A DNA stretch of 64,000 nucleotides from Ignavibacteriota bacterium (GCA_016218045.1 JACRFB010000063.1:68226-132225); one strand, 5' to 3'; numbered from the stretch's first letter, positions 20,574-31,291 are shown. The notes: generated by a model not told the origin, from the letters alone. Program-made: numbers and translations.

Positions 20574-21258
20574 TATTCTCACCGGCTTCCCGTCGCTTTT
20601 TGTGGGTCCGCTCACGGAAAGCATTCTCAAGCGCGCGAGCGCAGCGGGCATCGTCGACATCGTGGTGCACGACCTGCGGAATTACGCGCACGATAAACAC
20701 CGCAGCATCGACGACTCTCCATACGGCGGCGGTGCCGGCATGGTGCTCAAACCCGAGCCCATCTTCGAATGTATGGATGCGCTACGCGCCGAGAGGACGT
20801 ATGACGAGGTGATACTCACCACCCCCGCGGGAGGCATGTACAGCCAGGCCGAAGCGAACGCGCTATCGATGACTGGCGCGATCGCCATCATCTGCGGACA
20901 TTACAAGGGTGTGGACGAGCGTGTGCGCGCGCAGCTCGTCACCAAGGAACTCTCGATCGGGGATTATGTGCTCACAGGCGGAGAGCTGGCCGCCATGGTG
21001 ATTGTGGATTCGGTGACACGACTCCTGCCGGGCGCCATCGGCGACGGAGAATCGATGTTGTCGGACTCGTTCATGGACGGTATTCTCGCGGCGCCGCAAT
21101 ACACACGGCCGCCCTCGTACCGCGGGCTCGATGTTCCCGAGCCGCTTCTCTCCGGCAATCATCGCGAGATCGCGCGCTGGCGCGAGGAGCAGGCCCAACG
21201 CCTGACGCGCGAACGCCGGCCGGATCTGCTCGGTGATTCCACATCCCCGCGCGGATGA
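20563..21258 (+). CDS. trmD: tRNA (guanine37-N1)-methyltransferase
   Basis: [33 protein letters not shown] and YTRP motifs. Confidence 0.97.
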   Translation: MRIDILTGFPSLFVGPLTESILKRASAAGIVDIVVHDLRNYAHDKHRSIDDSPYGGGAGMVLKPEPIFECMDALRAERTYDEVILTTPAGGMYSQAEANALSMTGAIAIICGHYKGVDERVRAQLVTKELSIGDYVLTGGELAAMVIVDSVTRLLPGAIGDGESMLSDSFMDGILAAPQYTRPPSYRGLDVPEPLLSGNHREIARWREEQAQRLTRERRPDLLGDSTSPRG

Positions 21259-21318
21259 ACTTCCAGAGTCGCAGGAATTTATTATCTTTGTACAGATTAG
21301 ACAGAAACAGGAGGCACA

Positions 21319-21657
21319 ATGAACAAAATCGATTTGCTTGAACAGTCGCTGATGAAGACGGATATACCGGCGTTTCATCCCGGCGATATCCTCAACGTCC
21401 ACGTCCGCGTCGTCGAAGGCGACAAGGAACGTATCCAGGAATATCAGGGCATCGTGATCGCGATCCGTGGCGAGGGCTTGAAAAAGACCTTCACCGTCCG
21501 CAAGATTTCCGACGGTGTCGGCGTCGAGCGTATCTTCCCGCTCCACTCGCCGTCGATCGCAAAGATCGTGAAAGTGCGCTCGGGCAACGTCCGTCGCGCG
21601 AAACTCTTCTATCTGCGCACGCTGGCCGCGAAGCAGGTCCGCGCAAAGACCACCTGA
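21319..21657 (+). CDS. rplS: 50S ribosomal protein L19
   Basis: [24 protein letters not shown] and [10 protein letters not shown] motifs. GGAGG ribosome-binding site. Confidence 0.97.
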   Translation: MNKIDLLEQSLMKTDIPAFHPGDILNVHVRVVEGDKERIQEYQGIVIAIRGEGLKKTFTVRKISDGVGVERIFPLHSPSIAKIVKVRSGNVRRAKLFYLRTLAAKQVRAKTT

Positions 21658-21685
21658 CACTCATTGTCGCCAGGGATCGAGAGAC

Positions 21686-22531
21686 ATGCCACGGCATGTC
21701 TCTCGTTTTTCTGACGGAGCCATCGCGATGATCGCAGCGACGCTTGATTCCTGGAACGGTCCTCTGTTGGACGCGCTTGCGCGTGAGATGTCGGGCGGAG
21801 CGCCCGCGATCGCCTGTGTACCAGCCGCGGATGCCGCATGGCAACTCCTCGAGCAGCAGGTGACAATGGGGCTCGTGCATCCGCTGGTGGCGGGTCGGAA
21901 CACCGCGGAGCTGTCGCTCATCGAGAGGGCTGGAATTTTTGCGGTGGGACCCACGGGTGATTCGCTGCTCGTTTTTAATCCCGGTCTGCGTGACTTCTCG
22001 AGCATCGGCGTGCGCGCGCTCGACGATCCCGACTCCATTCTTGCCTCGGTTGTACTGCGCGAAAAATTCGACATGAGTCCTGTGCTTCGCCAGTACGACG
22101 GCCCGATCGACGACGCGCTGCGCCTGTGCGACGCGGTGCTCGTGACGGGCAGCGACGCTGTGGCGCGCGCGGAAGGCCGCGCAACGATCGACATCGTGGA
22201 CGAGTGGTACGATTTCACCGAACTCCCGTTCCCACGCGCCGTGGCGGCCGCGTGGAATCATCTCGTTACTCAACCTGAGGCGGACGCGCTGGTCCGCGCC
22301 GCGGCAACGGCCGACAGGCAGTCGTTGGACCTGCTCGAAGGGCGGATGAAGGACCAGGCGCTCGGTGACCTGATGCACCTCGTGCCGGGTCACTATCGGT
22401 ACACACTCGACGAGGACGCCCTCGAGGGCATGACCGAGTTTCTCCGCCTGGCGTTTTTGCACGGACTCTCGCGCGACATACCCACATTCAAATTCTGGAG
22501 CGAGCTCGGGGAAGACGCGTCCGTGTCTTGA
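21686..22531 (+). CDS. MqnA/MqnD-like (futalosine pathway) solute-binding-fold protein, divergent
   Basis: D....W...TELPF motif and a C-terminal Y.L.....GM..F resemble chorismate dehydratase MqnA. Start uncertain. Confidence 0.55.
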   Translation: MPRHVSRFSDGAIAMIAATLDSWNGPLLDALAREMSGGAPAIACVPAADAAWQLLEQQVTMGLVHPLVAGRNTAELSLIERAGIFAVGPTGDSLLVFNPGLRDFSSIGVRALDDPDSILASVVLREKFDMSPVLRQYDGPIDDALRLCDAVLVTGSDAVARAEGRATIDIVDEWYDFTELPFPRAVAAAWNHLVTQPEADALVRAAATADRQSLDLLEGRMKDQALGDLMHLVPGHYRYTLDEDALEGMTEFLRLAFLHGLSRDIPTFKFWSELGEDASVS

Positions 22532-22582
22532 TCATCGTGCCTGAATCCTCTAATTTGAAAAGATGATTCCGTCCGCACAGAA

Positions 22583-24292
22583 ATGATCGCCGCACTCACG
22601 ATAAAACACTTCGCACTCATCGAGGAACTCCGCATCGAACTGGGGCACGGACTCACCGTGATCACAGGGGAGACAGGCGCGGGGAAGTCCATCGTGGTGG
22701 ACGCACTCGGTCTGGCACTCGGAGAAAGAGCCGATGCCGATTCTGTGAGGGACGGCGCGGCAAAAGCCGTTATCGAAGCCGAATTTCACGCGGCCGATCT
22801 GCGCTGGCTCGAGGCAGATCTCGCAGCGCTCGGAGTTGAATGGCAGGATCCGCTGATACTGCGCCGCGAGGTGGCCGCGAAGGGAAGCAGCCGCTGTTTC
22901 ATCAACGACTCGCCGGTGACCGTCAGCCAGCTCAAAAGCGTCGGAGACCGCCTCGTCGACATACACGGACAGCACGAGCATCAATCCCTGCTTCGGCCCG
23001 AAGCCCATCTCACGCTGCTCGACGCGTTCGGCGGGCATGCGCCGCTGCTCGAGACCTATGAGGAGGCCTACTCCGCGCTGTCCTCCGCCGCAAAGGATCT
23101 GGAGAAGGCATATCGCGATCGCGAACGACTCGAGGAACGCCGCGCCGTGCTCGACATGCACCTGCGTGAAATCGGAGCGGTCGATCCTCAATCCGGCGAG
23201 GATGACGACATCGAACGCGAGTTGCGCATCGCCGAGCACGCGGAAAAAATCGCGACTCTTGGCAACAACATACTCGGCGTGCTCTTCGACGGCGAACAGA
23301 ACGCAACCGACCAACTCGGGCGCGCGCGGCGTGATCTTGCGGACCTGACCGGCATAGATCCCGCGCTCGCCTCCCTCGAGCACGAACTCTCCTCCGCCGC
23401 AGCGGGCATCGACGAGACGGTGCGCACACTGCGCACGTACACCGAGACGATCGACTTCAGTCCTGCCCGCTGTGAGGCGCTGCGCACACGGCTCGCGGAA
23501 CTGCTGTCACTCAAACGGAAATACCGTTGCACGCTGCCGGAATTGCTGGACAAACGCGACGAGTTGCGCCGCGAGCGTGACAGTCTCGAGAACATCGATG
23601 CGACGATCGAGACACTTCAAGCGCAGTTGCGCACGCAGCGCGCTGACGCATCGGAGAAGGCGGAGGCCCTGACCGCGGCGCGCACCCGCGCTGCGGGCAC
23701 ACTCGGCAAGGATGTCGCCCGCGCCCTCAAGGACCTGGGCATACAACGCGCACGTTTCGAGACGCGCATCGAACAACGCGCCGCCGATACGGAACCCTTT
23801 CTCGAGTACAACGGACGCCGCGTGCAGGCGCGTCCCGACGGCGCCGATGCCGCCGAATTCTATCTCTCCGCGAATGTCGGCGAGGATGTGCGCCCGCTCG
23901 CAAAGGTTGCGTCCGGCGGCGAAGTCTCCCGCATCATGCTCGCGATGAAGTCGCTTTTTGCAGGCCGATCGCCCGTGCCCGTCATGGTGTTCGACGAGAT
24001 CGACACGGGAGTCAGCGGCGCGGTGGCCCACAAGGTCGGCCGCGCGATGCACGACCTTGCGCGCCGTCACCAGATCCTCGCCATCACGCATCTGCCGCAA
24101 ATAGCGGCCGCAGGTGCCGGGCATCTAGTTGTCGAGAAGGTGGTGCACGGAGCGCGCACATCCACTCACGTGCGCCGGCTCGAGACGTCGGAGCGCGAAC
24201 ACGAAATCGCGCGCCTTATCAGCGGCGACCATGTCACCCCAGCGGCGGAGCGCACCGCGCGCGATCTGCTCGCGGATTTTCGAACCGGATAA
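22583..24292 (+). CDS. recN: DNA repair protein RecN
   Basis: TGETGAGKS, DIHGQH, ASGGE.SR, FDEIDTGVSG and ITHLPQIAA motifs. Confidence 0.96.
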   Translation: MIAALTIKHFALIEELRIELGHGLTVITGETGAGKSIVVDALGLALGERADADSVRDGAAKAVIEAEFHAADLRWLEADLAALGVEWQDPLILRREVAAKGSSRCFINDSPVTVSQLKSVGDRLVDIHGQHEHQSLLRPEAHLTLLDAFGGHAPLLETYEEAYSALSSAAKDLEKAYRDRERLEERRAVLDMHLREIGAVDPQSGEDDDIERELRIAEHAEKIATLGNNILGVLFDGEQNATDQLGRARRDLADLTGIDPALASLEHELSSAAAGIDETVRTLRTYTETIDFSPARCEALRTRLAELLSLKRKYRCTLPELLDKRDELRRERDSLENIDATIETLQAQLRTQRADASEKAEALTAARTRAAGTLGKDVARALKDLGIQRARFETRIEQRAADTEPFLEYNGRRVQARPDGADAAEFYLSANVGEDVRPLAKVASGGEVSRIMLAMKSLFAGRSPVPVMVFDEIDTGVSGAVAHKVGRAMHDLARRHQILAITHLPQIAAAGAGHLVVEKVVHGARTSTHVRRLETSEREHEIARLISGDHVTPAAERTARDLLADFRTG

Positions 24293-24298
24293 CAGACC

Positions 24299-25699
24299 AT
24301 GCCCATCACCGTTTACAACACCCTCACACGGAAACTCGAATCCTTCAGACCCATGGTGGACGGTGAGGTGCGCATGTACACCTGCGGTCCCACCGTGTAC
24401 GACTACTTCCACATCGGCAATGCGCGCACCTTCGTGATGTCGGATGTCATCCGCAGGTATCTCCAGTACCGCGGGTATCATGTTACCTACGTGATGAACA
24501 TCACCGATATCGACGACCGCATCATCGCGCGGTCGATCGAGCGCTCGGTCGCCGCGTCGCAGGTGTCGGACGAGTATGCCGCGGCGTTTCTCGAGGATTG
24601 TGCCGCGATCGGCATACGACCAGCCGACGTGCATCCGCGCGCGACCGACAACGTCGGCGCGATCATCACTCACATACAGAGTCTTATCGACACGGGCTCG
24701 GCCTATGAATGCGAAGGAGACGTGTATTTCCGTGTCAGCGCGTTTCCCGGATACGGAAAATTAAGCGGCAAGAAACTCGAGGATCTCATAGCGGGAGCAC
24801 GGGTCGAGGCGGATACGCGCAAGGAAAATCCCGCCGATTTTGCGCTGTGGAAAACCGCGAAGCCGGGCGAACCCTGGTGGGATTCGCCTTGGGGCAAAGG
24901 GCGGCCCGGCTGGCACATCGAGTGTTCGGTGATGTCGATGCAGCATCTCGGTCCATCCTTCGACATCCACGCCGGTGGCAACGACCTGATCTTTCCGCAT
25001 CACGAAAACGAGATCGCTCAGAGCGAGGCATTGACCCATGTGCCGCTGGCGCACACATGGATTCACTTCGGCTTTCTGAACATCGACAACGAAAAGATGT
25101 CGAAGTCGCTCGGGAATTTCTTCACCACCCGCGAGATCCTGCAGAAGTACCCGGCCACGACCGTGCGTTTCTTCTATCTCCAGACGCAGTATCGCAGTCC
25201 GTTGAATTTCACGCAGGAGGGTCTCGACGCCGCGCGGACCGGCCTGGCCCGGCTCCACACCCTGTATGCGGCGCTGCGGAATGCGCCCGACGGCAGCGGC
25301 GAATGCGCCATCGGTCCCTACGAGGAACGTTTCATCGAAGCGGTCGACAACGATTTCAACACACCCGCGGGCCTCGCCGTCATCTTCGATTTTGCGCGCG
25401 AGGCGAACGCCGTGTTGCATGACGCCGAGGGCATGTCGCGCGAGGCGCAGCAGGCCTGCAGCGATTTCCTGACGCGAACAGCGGGGGATGTATTCGGCAT
25501 ACTGCCGAGCGACGACGTGACGGCCGACGGATCGGGAGACGTACACGGCCTCATGGAGCTTATCCTCGGCATCCGTGCGAAAGTGCGCGCCGAAAAACAA
25601 TGGGCCCTCGCCGATTACATCCGCGACGGCCTCAAGGAACTCGGCATCGTGGTGGAAGACGGCAAAGGAGGTAGCACATGGAAGAAGGAGACGCCATGA
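24299..25699 (+). CDS. cysS: Cysteine--tRNA ligase
   Basis: CGPTVY, HIGN, GRPGWHIEC, FPHHENE and KMSKS motifs. Confidence 0.97.
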   Translation: MPITVYNTLTRKLESFRPMVDGEVRMYTCGPTVYDYFHIGNARTFVMSDVIRRYLQYRGYHVTYVMNITDIDDRIIARSIERSVAASQVSDEYAAAFLEDCAAIGIRPADVHPRATDNVGAIITHIQSLIDTGSAYECEGDVYFRVSAFPGYGKLSGKKLEDLIAGARVEADTRKENPADFALWKTAKPGEPWWDSPWGKGRPGWHIECSVMSMQHLGPSFDIHAGGNDLIFPHHENEIAQSEALTHVPLAHTWIHFGFLNIDNEKMSKSLGNFFTTREILQKYPATTVRFFYLQTQYRSPLNFTQEGLDAARTGLARLHTLYAALRNAPDGSGECAIGPYEERFIEAVDNDFNTPAGLAVIFDFAREANAVLHDAEGMSREAQQACSDFLTRTAGDVFGILPSDDVTADGSGDVHGLMELILGIRAKVRAEKQWALADYIRDGLKELGIVVEDGKGGSTWKKETP

Positions 25700-25730
25700 T
25701 ACATAGTCGCATTCCGCGATGGGGGACAGC

Positions 25731-26240
25731 ATGAGCGCACAGTTTCTTTGGGAGAATTATTTCCGGCCGCGCGAGAAGGACGACATATTCGCCCTTCTCA
25801 AACGCCTGCCCATCTTCGAGTCGCTGTCGCAGCGGCAGCTTCGACTGGTGGAACGGATCCTGCACCGCCGGAACTATCTGGAGGGAGAGAAGGTGTTTCA
25901 AGAGGGGGACAGCGGCTCCGCGATGTACATCATCGAAAGTGGGGAAGTGGTGATGCATGCTGGCAAGTCCGAACAGGAAATCGCGCGGTTGCACGACGGT
26001 GACTTTTTCGGTGAGATCAGCCTGCTTGTGGATCAACCGCGCAGCGCGACGGCGCGGACCGTCCGCGACACCAAACTCATCGCGTTCTCACAACCGGACC
26101 TGCTGTCGCTGCTCGAGACGCAGCCCCGGCTCGGCATCGTCGTCGTGATGCAGCTTGCGCGCATCCTCGCGGAACGTCTGCAGCACGCGACCGTCGACAA
26201 CCGCGTGTTGCACGACCGGCTCGCAGAGTTCGGGCAGTAG
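25731..26240 (+). CDS. Stand-alone cyclic-nucleotide-binding domain protein
   Basis: F.EGD.G..MYII.SG.V, GDFFGE.SL and PRSATA motifs; no C-terminal HTH. Alternative ATG at 25719. Confidence 0.85.
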   Translation: MSAQFLWENYFRPREKDDIFALLKRLPIFESLSQRQLRLVERILHRRNYLEGEKVFQEGDSGSAMYIIESGEVVMHAGKSEQEIARLHDGDFFGEISLLVDQPRSATARTVRDTKLIAFSQPDLLSLLETQPRLGIVVVMQLARILAERLQHATVDNRVLHDRLAEFGQ

Positions 26241-26249
26241 GAGACCGCA

Positions 26250-27296
26250 GTGTCCGCAAACACGAAGGTCCTCGTCCTTCTCCTGCTCCTCGCCTTGGGG
26301 GCCGCGGTGATGTACACCGTGTTCACGATCGGCGCCATCGTGGCGCTCTTTCTGCTCTCGCTGCTTTTCGCCTTTATCTTGTCGCCCGCGGTGAGCTGGT
26401 GCGAGCGGCAGGGCATACCGCGCACACTGTCCGCTGTGGTGGTGTTTGTTCTCTTTTTTGGCGGTGTCACGACATTGCTGTACGTGCTGGCACCGTTTCT
26501 GTACGAGGAAGTCTCGCGTCTGCAGGAAATCATCACCGTGGGTCAGTTGCGCCGCGGCGTGCGCGACATGGAGGTGTTCCTCAGTCGTCAGCTCTCGGTC
26601 CTCGGCGTGCGCCGCCTGCATGTGGCGCCGAAGGTGGAGGAGTGGGTCGGCGTCCTGTTCGACAATCTCATCGGTATCGCATCGGGCGTGGTTGGCATCG
26701 TGCTGTTCCTCGTCATGATGCTGATATCCACCTTCTTTCTGCTCAAGGATTCGCGTTCGTTAAAACGCGTGTTTGTGGAACTCGTCCCGAACCGTTTTTT
26801 TGAAGTGACGCTGAATGTGCTGCACAAGATCGAGTGGTCACTGGGCGCGTATCTGCGCGGAATTCTGCTCGATGCGCTCGCCATCGGCGTCCTCACAACG
26901 TTTGCGCTCTGGCTCATCGACCTGCCATCCTTTTTCCTCGTGGGACTTATCGCGGCGGCGGCGAATCTCGTGCCGTATCTGGGTCCGCCCACCGCGGGAT
27001 GTATCGCGATGGTGATATCCGTCATGTCCCGTGGCGATTTCGAGCAGGTTCCCATCATCATTCTCGTGTTTTCACTGATACGTCTCATCGACGATGCCAT
27101 CGTGCAACCGCTCACGATATCCGCCAGCGTGCGGCTGCATCCGCTCATAATCATTTTCGCGCTCCTCATTGGCGGACAGTTGTTCGGCATCATCGGGATG
27201 CTGTTTGCGGTGCCCGCCGTCGGTGTGCTCAAGGTGTTCATGACCGAAGTGTACGCGGGGATGAACCGTTACAGGCCCTCGCATGAATCCCGATAA
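26250..27296 (+). CDS. AI-2E (PerM) family transporter
   Basis: Multiple TM helices with YLRG, NLVPYLGP, LHP and GIIGMLFAVP motifs. Confidence 0.9.
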   Translation: MSANTKVLVLLLLLALGAAVMYTVFTIGAIVALFLLSLLFAFILSPAVSWCERQGIPRTLSAVVVFVLFFGGVTTLLYVLAPFLYEEVSRLQEIITVGQLRRGVRDMEVFLSRQLSVLGVRRLHVAPKVEEWVGVLFDNLIGIASGVVGIVLFLVMMLISTFFLLKDSRSLKRVFVELVPNRFFEVTLNVLHKIEWSLGAYLRGILLDALAIGVLTTFALWLIDLPSFFLVGLIAAAANLVPYLGPPTAGCIAMVISVMSRGDFEQVPIIILVFSLIRLIDDAIVQPLTISASVRLHPLIIIFALLIGGQLFGIIGMLFAVPAVGVLKVFMTEVYAGMNRYRPSHESR

Positions 27297-28740
27297 ATCC
27301 GGCACAGAGGAACAGGACGGTGCGGAAGCGCCGGTGAATTTTCAATACGGCGACATACTCGAGCTCGATGTGGATCGCGCCGCGTTCGAGGGGCGCGCCG
27401 TGGGGCGGGCTCACGGACTGGTGGTGTTCGTCGAGGGCGCGGTGCCCGGCGACAGGGTCAGGGCGCGTGTGTTCCGCGCGAAGAAGCAGTTTGTCGAAGC
27501 GCGGGCCGTCGAAATTCTGCGTCCCTCGCCCGAGCGTGTTGATCCGCGCTGCGCGCACTTTGGTGTGTGCGGCGGCTGCAGTTGGCAGCATATGCGTTAC
27601 GAGGCGCAAGCCGCATGGAAGCGCACACATGTCGCCGACGCATTCGAGCGCATAGGAGGATTTCAAAACTTGGATGTGCGCGCGACGCTCGAGGCGGAGG
27701 ACGTCTGGTACTACCGGAATAAGATGGAGTATTCCTTCGGGGAGAAGCGCTGGCTGCTCGCCGTCGACCGCGAGCAGGACACACCGTCGGAGCCGTTCGC
27801 CGTCGGCCTGCACGTGCCCGGGCGTTATGATAAAATTCTGCACATCGACGCGTGCCATCTGCAGTCGCCCGAGAGCAACAGCATCCTCGCGGCAACACGG
27901 TCCCACTATCGTGCGCACGGCATCCGCGCGTTTTCCACCGAGACACATTCGGGCGACCTGCGCCATCTCGTGATCCGCGAGGCGAAGAACACCGGACAGC
28001 GCATGGTGTTCCTCGTGACGTCGGGTGCGAACGAGGATCTCGCCGCCGAGCTGGCCCGTATCCTAGCCGCGCCGGAATTCGGTGTCACAACATTTGTGCA
28101 TGGCGTGACGAACAGAAAATCCTCGGTTGCCATCGCCGATCGCGAACAGGTGTATTTCGGGGACGGCCGCATCACGGAACGTCTCGGCGATTGCACCTAC
28201 TTCATTTCCCCGTCCTCGTTCTTCCAGAGCAACACGCGACAGGCCGAACGGCTCTACGCCTGCGCGGCGGACTTTGCCGACCTGCGTCCGGAAGACGACG
28301 TGTGGGATCTGTACTGCGGTGCGGGCACCATCAGTCTTTTCATCGCGCCGCGTGTGCGGTCGGTTCTTGGCGTGGAGATGAACGAGGCGGCCGTGCGCGA
28401 CGCTATCGACAATGCCGCGCGCAATGGCCGGCAGAACACACGTTTTATCGCGGCGGATCTGCGCGCCTTCATCCAGGATACCGGACGCGAGGCGGCGCCC
28501 GACGTCGTCATTCTCGATCCGCCGCGTTCGGGCCTGCATCCCGACGTCGCGGCGGCACTCGCGCGGCTCGACACCGAACGCCTCGTGTACGTGAGCTGCA
28601 ATCCGGCCACGGCAGCGCGCGATTGCGCCGTGCTGGCCGCGGGCGGCTACACGGTGGAGGCGATCGCGCCCGTCGACATGTTCCCCCACACGTACCACAT
28701 CGAGTGTGTCATCCGGCTTCGCAGAAAGACCGGCGCCTGA
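27283..28740 (+). CDS. rlmD: 23S rRNA (uracil-C5)-methyltransferase
   Basis: TRAM domain, C.HFGVCGGC, YRNKME, FFQ.N, DLYCG.G, DPPR.G, YVSCNP and DMFP.T.H.E motifs. Confidence 0.92.
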   Translation: MNPDKSGTEEQDGAEAPVNFQYGDILELDVDRAAFEGRAVGRAHGLVVFVEGAVPGDRVRARVFRAKKQFVEARAVEILRPSPERVDPRCAHFGVCGGCSWQHMRYEAQAAWKRTHVADAFERIGGFQNLDVRATLEAEDVWYYRNKMEYSFGEKRWLLAVDREQDTPSEPFAVGLHVPGRYDKILHIDACHLQSPESNSILAATRSHYRAHGIRAFSTETHSGDLRHLVIREAKNTGQRMVFLVTSGANEDLAAELARILAAPEFGVTTFVHGVTNRKSSVAIADREQVYFGDGRITERLGDCTYFISPSSFFQSNTRQAERLYACAADFADLRPEDDVWDLYCGAGTISLFIAPRVRSVLGVEMNEAAVRDAIDNAARNGRQNTRFIAADLRAFIQDTGREAAPDVVILDPPRSGLHPDVAAALARLDTERLVYVSCNPATAARDCAVLAAGGYTVEAIAPVDMFPHTYHIECVIRLRRKTGA

Positions 28741-30465
28741 TCACCGACCGTCGCGTTCCGCGGGACGGAATATTCGGACAGGTGGGTCAGTAATAGACAG
28801 ACTGTCGGTGACCCACGTGCCCTCGGGGTTTGCGCGCGGCGAACGCACGATGATGCGGCGTTCCTCGCGTGTGCCGGGAGGCGCGGGCGGGAAGCTGTGG
28901 TTGCGATGAATCTCGATGCTGGTGTCGAAACGGACGCCGGGCGGCAGCGGCGCCTCGGTCGATCCGTTCCACTGGAACTTGAAACCCGGAATTGCTTCGA
29001 GCGATTTCTCGACGAGCGAGTCGACATCCATGTCGATATTCACACTTCCGTTCCCGTCGTGCATCACACGTATCTGCATGCGACGGGAGGGCAGAGAGGC
29101 GTCGGGGCGTGGCGTCGCAGGAGGACGCGGGCTTCTGGCTCGCACCACCACACGTGTGTCCTGACGGGTGGTCGGCGTGCGGTCGATATAGAGCGTCAGT
29201 CCGTTTTCATCGGGTGTTGCAACAACGCCGCGGACAACCACATGCAGGTCTTGCTCGACCTCGCTCAACGATTCCTCGATCAGATGGAGACTCTTTTCGT
29301 ACTCGCGTCCCGTGGCGGCATACTCGCGCGCGCTGCGTTCGACGAACCGCGCCACATCCTCGCTGCGTGAGATGTTCGTCACACGCTGCAGCGTGACCGA
29401 GTTCTGCAGTTCGCGCGCGTATCTGCGGCGCACGTCCTCGAAACGTGTCGTGATCGAGGGGATGGGCTGCGGTGTCGCAAGCATCGTTTCGCGCAGACTG
29501 TCGAGATCCACCGTCAGCGGAACGAGTTCCACCGCGGCGTCACGGAGATACACGAACTGCTGCGGCTGCCCTTCGACGCGGATGCGGCTGTACAGCTCGG
29601 CCGGCGGCGGCGGCGGTACTGCCGCTGTTTCCTCGATACTGTACGCGGCATCCCGTGTGCGGAGGAAGCGATCGAGCCGGATGCGCTGCGCGGGTTCGAG
29701 GGACGAGGCCAGCGTGCCGAGTATCGTTGCATGGAGATGCGTCACGGACGGATCGATCGCCACATCACGTTCACGTCCCATGAGCACGACGGATTCGAGG
29801 CGCTGTTGCGCGAGCAGGAGCACGGAATCCATGATGCGCTGCTGCGTCGGAGTGGCGCGCACCTCGCGATACAGATCCTCGACCGTGATACGAGGCGACA
29901 TGGCGCGATCGTTCTTTCCGAGTTCGATACGGTAGGCGCGCGATGAATCCTGCTCGATGCGGAGCACGGAGGACTGCTGCTCGTCGAGCGGCAGCGTGCC
30001 GTACATTGCGAATTGCAGGACGCGGTCCTTGTCGGTCTTTTCGAACAGCGGCATTATCCATTCACCGCCCATGGTCTCCTGATACGCGAGCTGCACTTCC
30101 TCGCCTTTGCGCGAGAGATATCCGGCGATGGTATCGCGGTTCCAGTATGCCCATGCTCCGCCCGCCAGGACGAGCGCCAGGACGGCGACGGAAAATGCGG
30201 CCCGGAAACGGAGAGGAATGTCGGGGAAAAGTTCTGTGCCGCGTTCCTTCCGCACCTCGATGTTTTCGCGGAGACGAGGCCAGAAGGTCGGGTCTTCCAT
30301 AATGGCAGGCATGCGGCGCAGTATGAAGCCGGGATCATTCTGTTCCGGATCCGTGCCGGTGCCGATCGCTGATGCACCGGCAGTCCGCATCGTGTCGTCG
30401 TTTTCGGGAAGAGGACCGGATCCGCTTCGCGGAGTGTCGAGGTTCATGTCGTCACCGGGTTTCAT
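28741..30465 (-). CDS. Hypothetical bitopic membrane protein, probable anti-sigma factor
   Basis: ATGA overlap with the ECF sigma gene. Short N-terminus with FW.RL, one TM helix (FSVAVLALVLAGGAWAYW) and a large extracytoplasmic region. Confidence 0.55.
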   Translation of the reverse strand: MKPGDDMNLDTPRSGSGPLPENDDTMRTAGASAIGTGTDPEQNDPGFILRRMPAIMEDPTFWPRLRENIEVRKERGTELFPDIPLRFRAAFSVAVLALVLAGGAWAYWNRDTIAGYLSRKGEEVQLAYQETMGGEWIMPLFEKTDKDRVLQFAMYGTLPLDEQQSSVLRIEQDSSRAYRIELGKNDRAMSPRITVEDLYREVRATPTQQRIMDSVLLLAQQRLESVVLMGRERDVAIDPSVTHLHATILGTLASSLEPAQRIRLDRFLRTRDAAYSIEETAAVPPPPPAELYSRIRVEGQPQQFVYLRDAAVELVPLTVDLDSLRETMLATPQPIPSITTRFEDVRRRYARELQNSVTLQRVTNISRSEDVARFVERSAREYAATGREYEKSLHLIEESLSEVEQDLHVVVRGVVATPDENGLTLYIDRTPTTRQDTRVVVRARSPRPPATPRPDASLPSRRMQIRVMHDGNGSVNIDMDVDSLVEKSLEAIPGFKFQWNGSTEAPLPPGVRFDTSIEIHRNHSFPPAPPGTREERRIIVRSPRANPEGTWVTDSLSITDPPVRIFRPAERDGR

Positions 30466-31136
30466 CGTGCCACCCCCGCAGCCCGCTCGCCGGCGGGAAC
30501 AAGATCGAGATCCGCCGCCGAAGGAAGCAGCACTTCACGCAGGAGTGCGCGACCACGGGCGATGCGCGATTTCACGGTGCCCAACTCGCACTGAAGCACT
30601 TCCGCCATCTCCTCGTAGTGCAGTCCGTCCACATCGCGGAGCACCAGCGCGATACGGAATTTTTCAGGCAGACGCGCGAGCGCCGCCTCGAGTATCTCGC
30701 GGTTGCCGGTGTCGGCCGGCGCAACGGAGGTGTGCCGCAGTAGCTCGCGGTCGTTTGTTTCGAGCAGGCCGTGCAGCGAAAAGAAACGGCGCATTTTTTT
30801 TCGACGCAGTTCGTCGCGGCAGCGGTTTACCGCTATGCGGTACAGCCATGTGTAAAGGGACGATTCGAATCGGAAGCCCCGCAGATTCTCGTAGGCCTTG
30901 ATGAAGACCTCCTGCGACACATCGTCCACTAGATCCCGATCCTGAAGAATATTCGCAGTCACGTTCCTGATCCGTTCTTTGTACCGTTCCACAATGACAC
31001 GGAATACCTCCTCGTCACCCGCCTGAAACATGGTAACAAGCGCATCGTCGGAAAGTCCGCCGATCGCTTCGCGCGCAGACGTCCGCTGCGGCGCAGAGTG
31101 AATGGAAGGAGTCTGTGTATCCACGTCGTTGGGCAT
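30462..31136 (-). CDS. ECF RNA polymerase sigma factor
   Basis: Region 2 DVSQEVFIKAY and TWLYRIAVN; region 4 YEEMAEVL...GTVKSRI.RGR. Start at ATG 31136, with TTG 31148 as an alternative. Confidence 0.93.
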   Translation of the reverse strand: MPNDVDTQTPSIHSAPQRTSAREAIGGLSDDALVTMFQAGDEEVFRVIVERYKERIRNVTANILQDRDLVDDVSQEVFIKAYENLRGFRFESSLYTWLYRIAVNRCRDELRRKKMRRFFSLHGLLETNDRELLRHTSVAPADTGNREILEAALARLPEKFRIALVLRDVDGLHYEEMAEVLQCELGTVKSRIARGRALLREVLLPSAADLDLVPAGERAAGVAR

Positions 31137-31180
31137 TAGACGGATCAAGTGGGTGTGTTGTTCCCGGGGAATCCTGGTAC

Positions 31181-31206
31181 TACGGGACAGCCGGTAAAAA
31201 GTTCTG
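31181..31206 (-). promoter_or_regulatory. Putative ECF (SigW-like) autoregulatory promoter
   Basis: The minus strand reads CAGAAC-N16-CGTA, ~45 bp upstream of the sigma gene. Confidence 0.55.
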
Positions 31207-31240
31207 GAATCCGTGACTTCGTAATCTGCGAGAATGAGAC

Positions 31241-31276
31241 GAAAAAGAAAAGGTCCGCAGAAGCGGACCTTTTTCG
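31241..31276 (-). terminator. Rho-independent terminator after the SPFH gene
   Basis: AAAAGGTCCGC-AGAA-GCGGACCTTTT stem with A/T runs on both sides. Confidence 0.85.
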
Positions 31277-31291
31277 TTGAAAAACCGCTGT

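Noticed and set aside
30512..30531. CCGAAGGAAGCAGC, an SRP-like string
   Set aside because: It is antisense to the ECF sigma coding region and has no matching CAGG arm.
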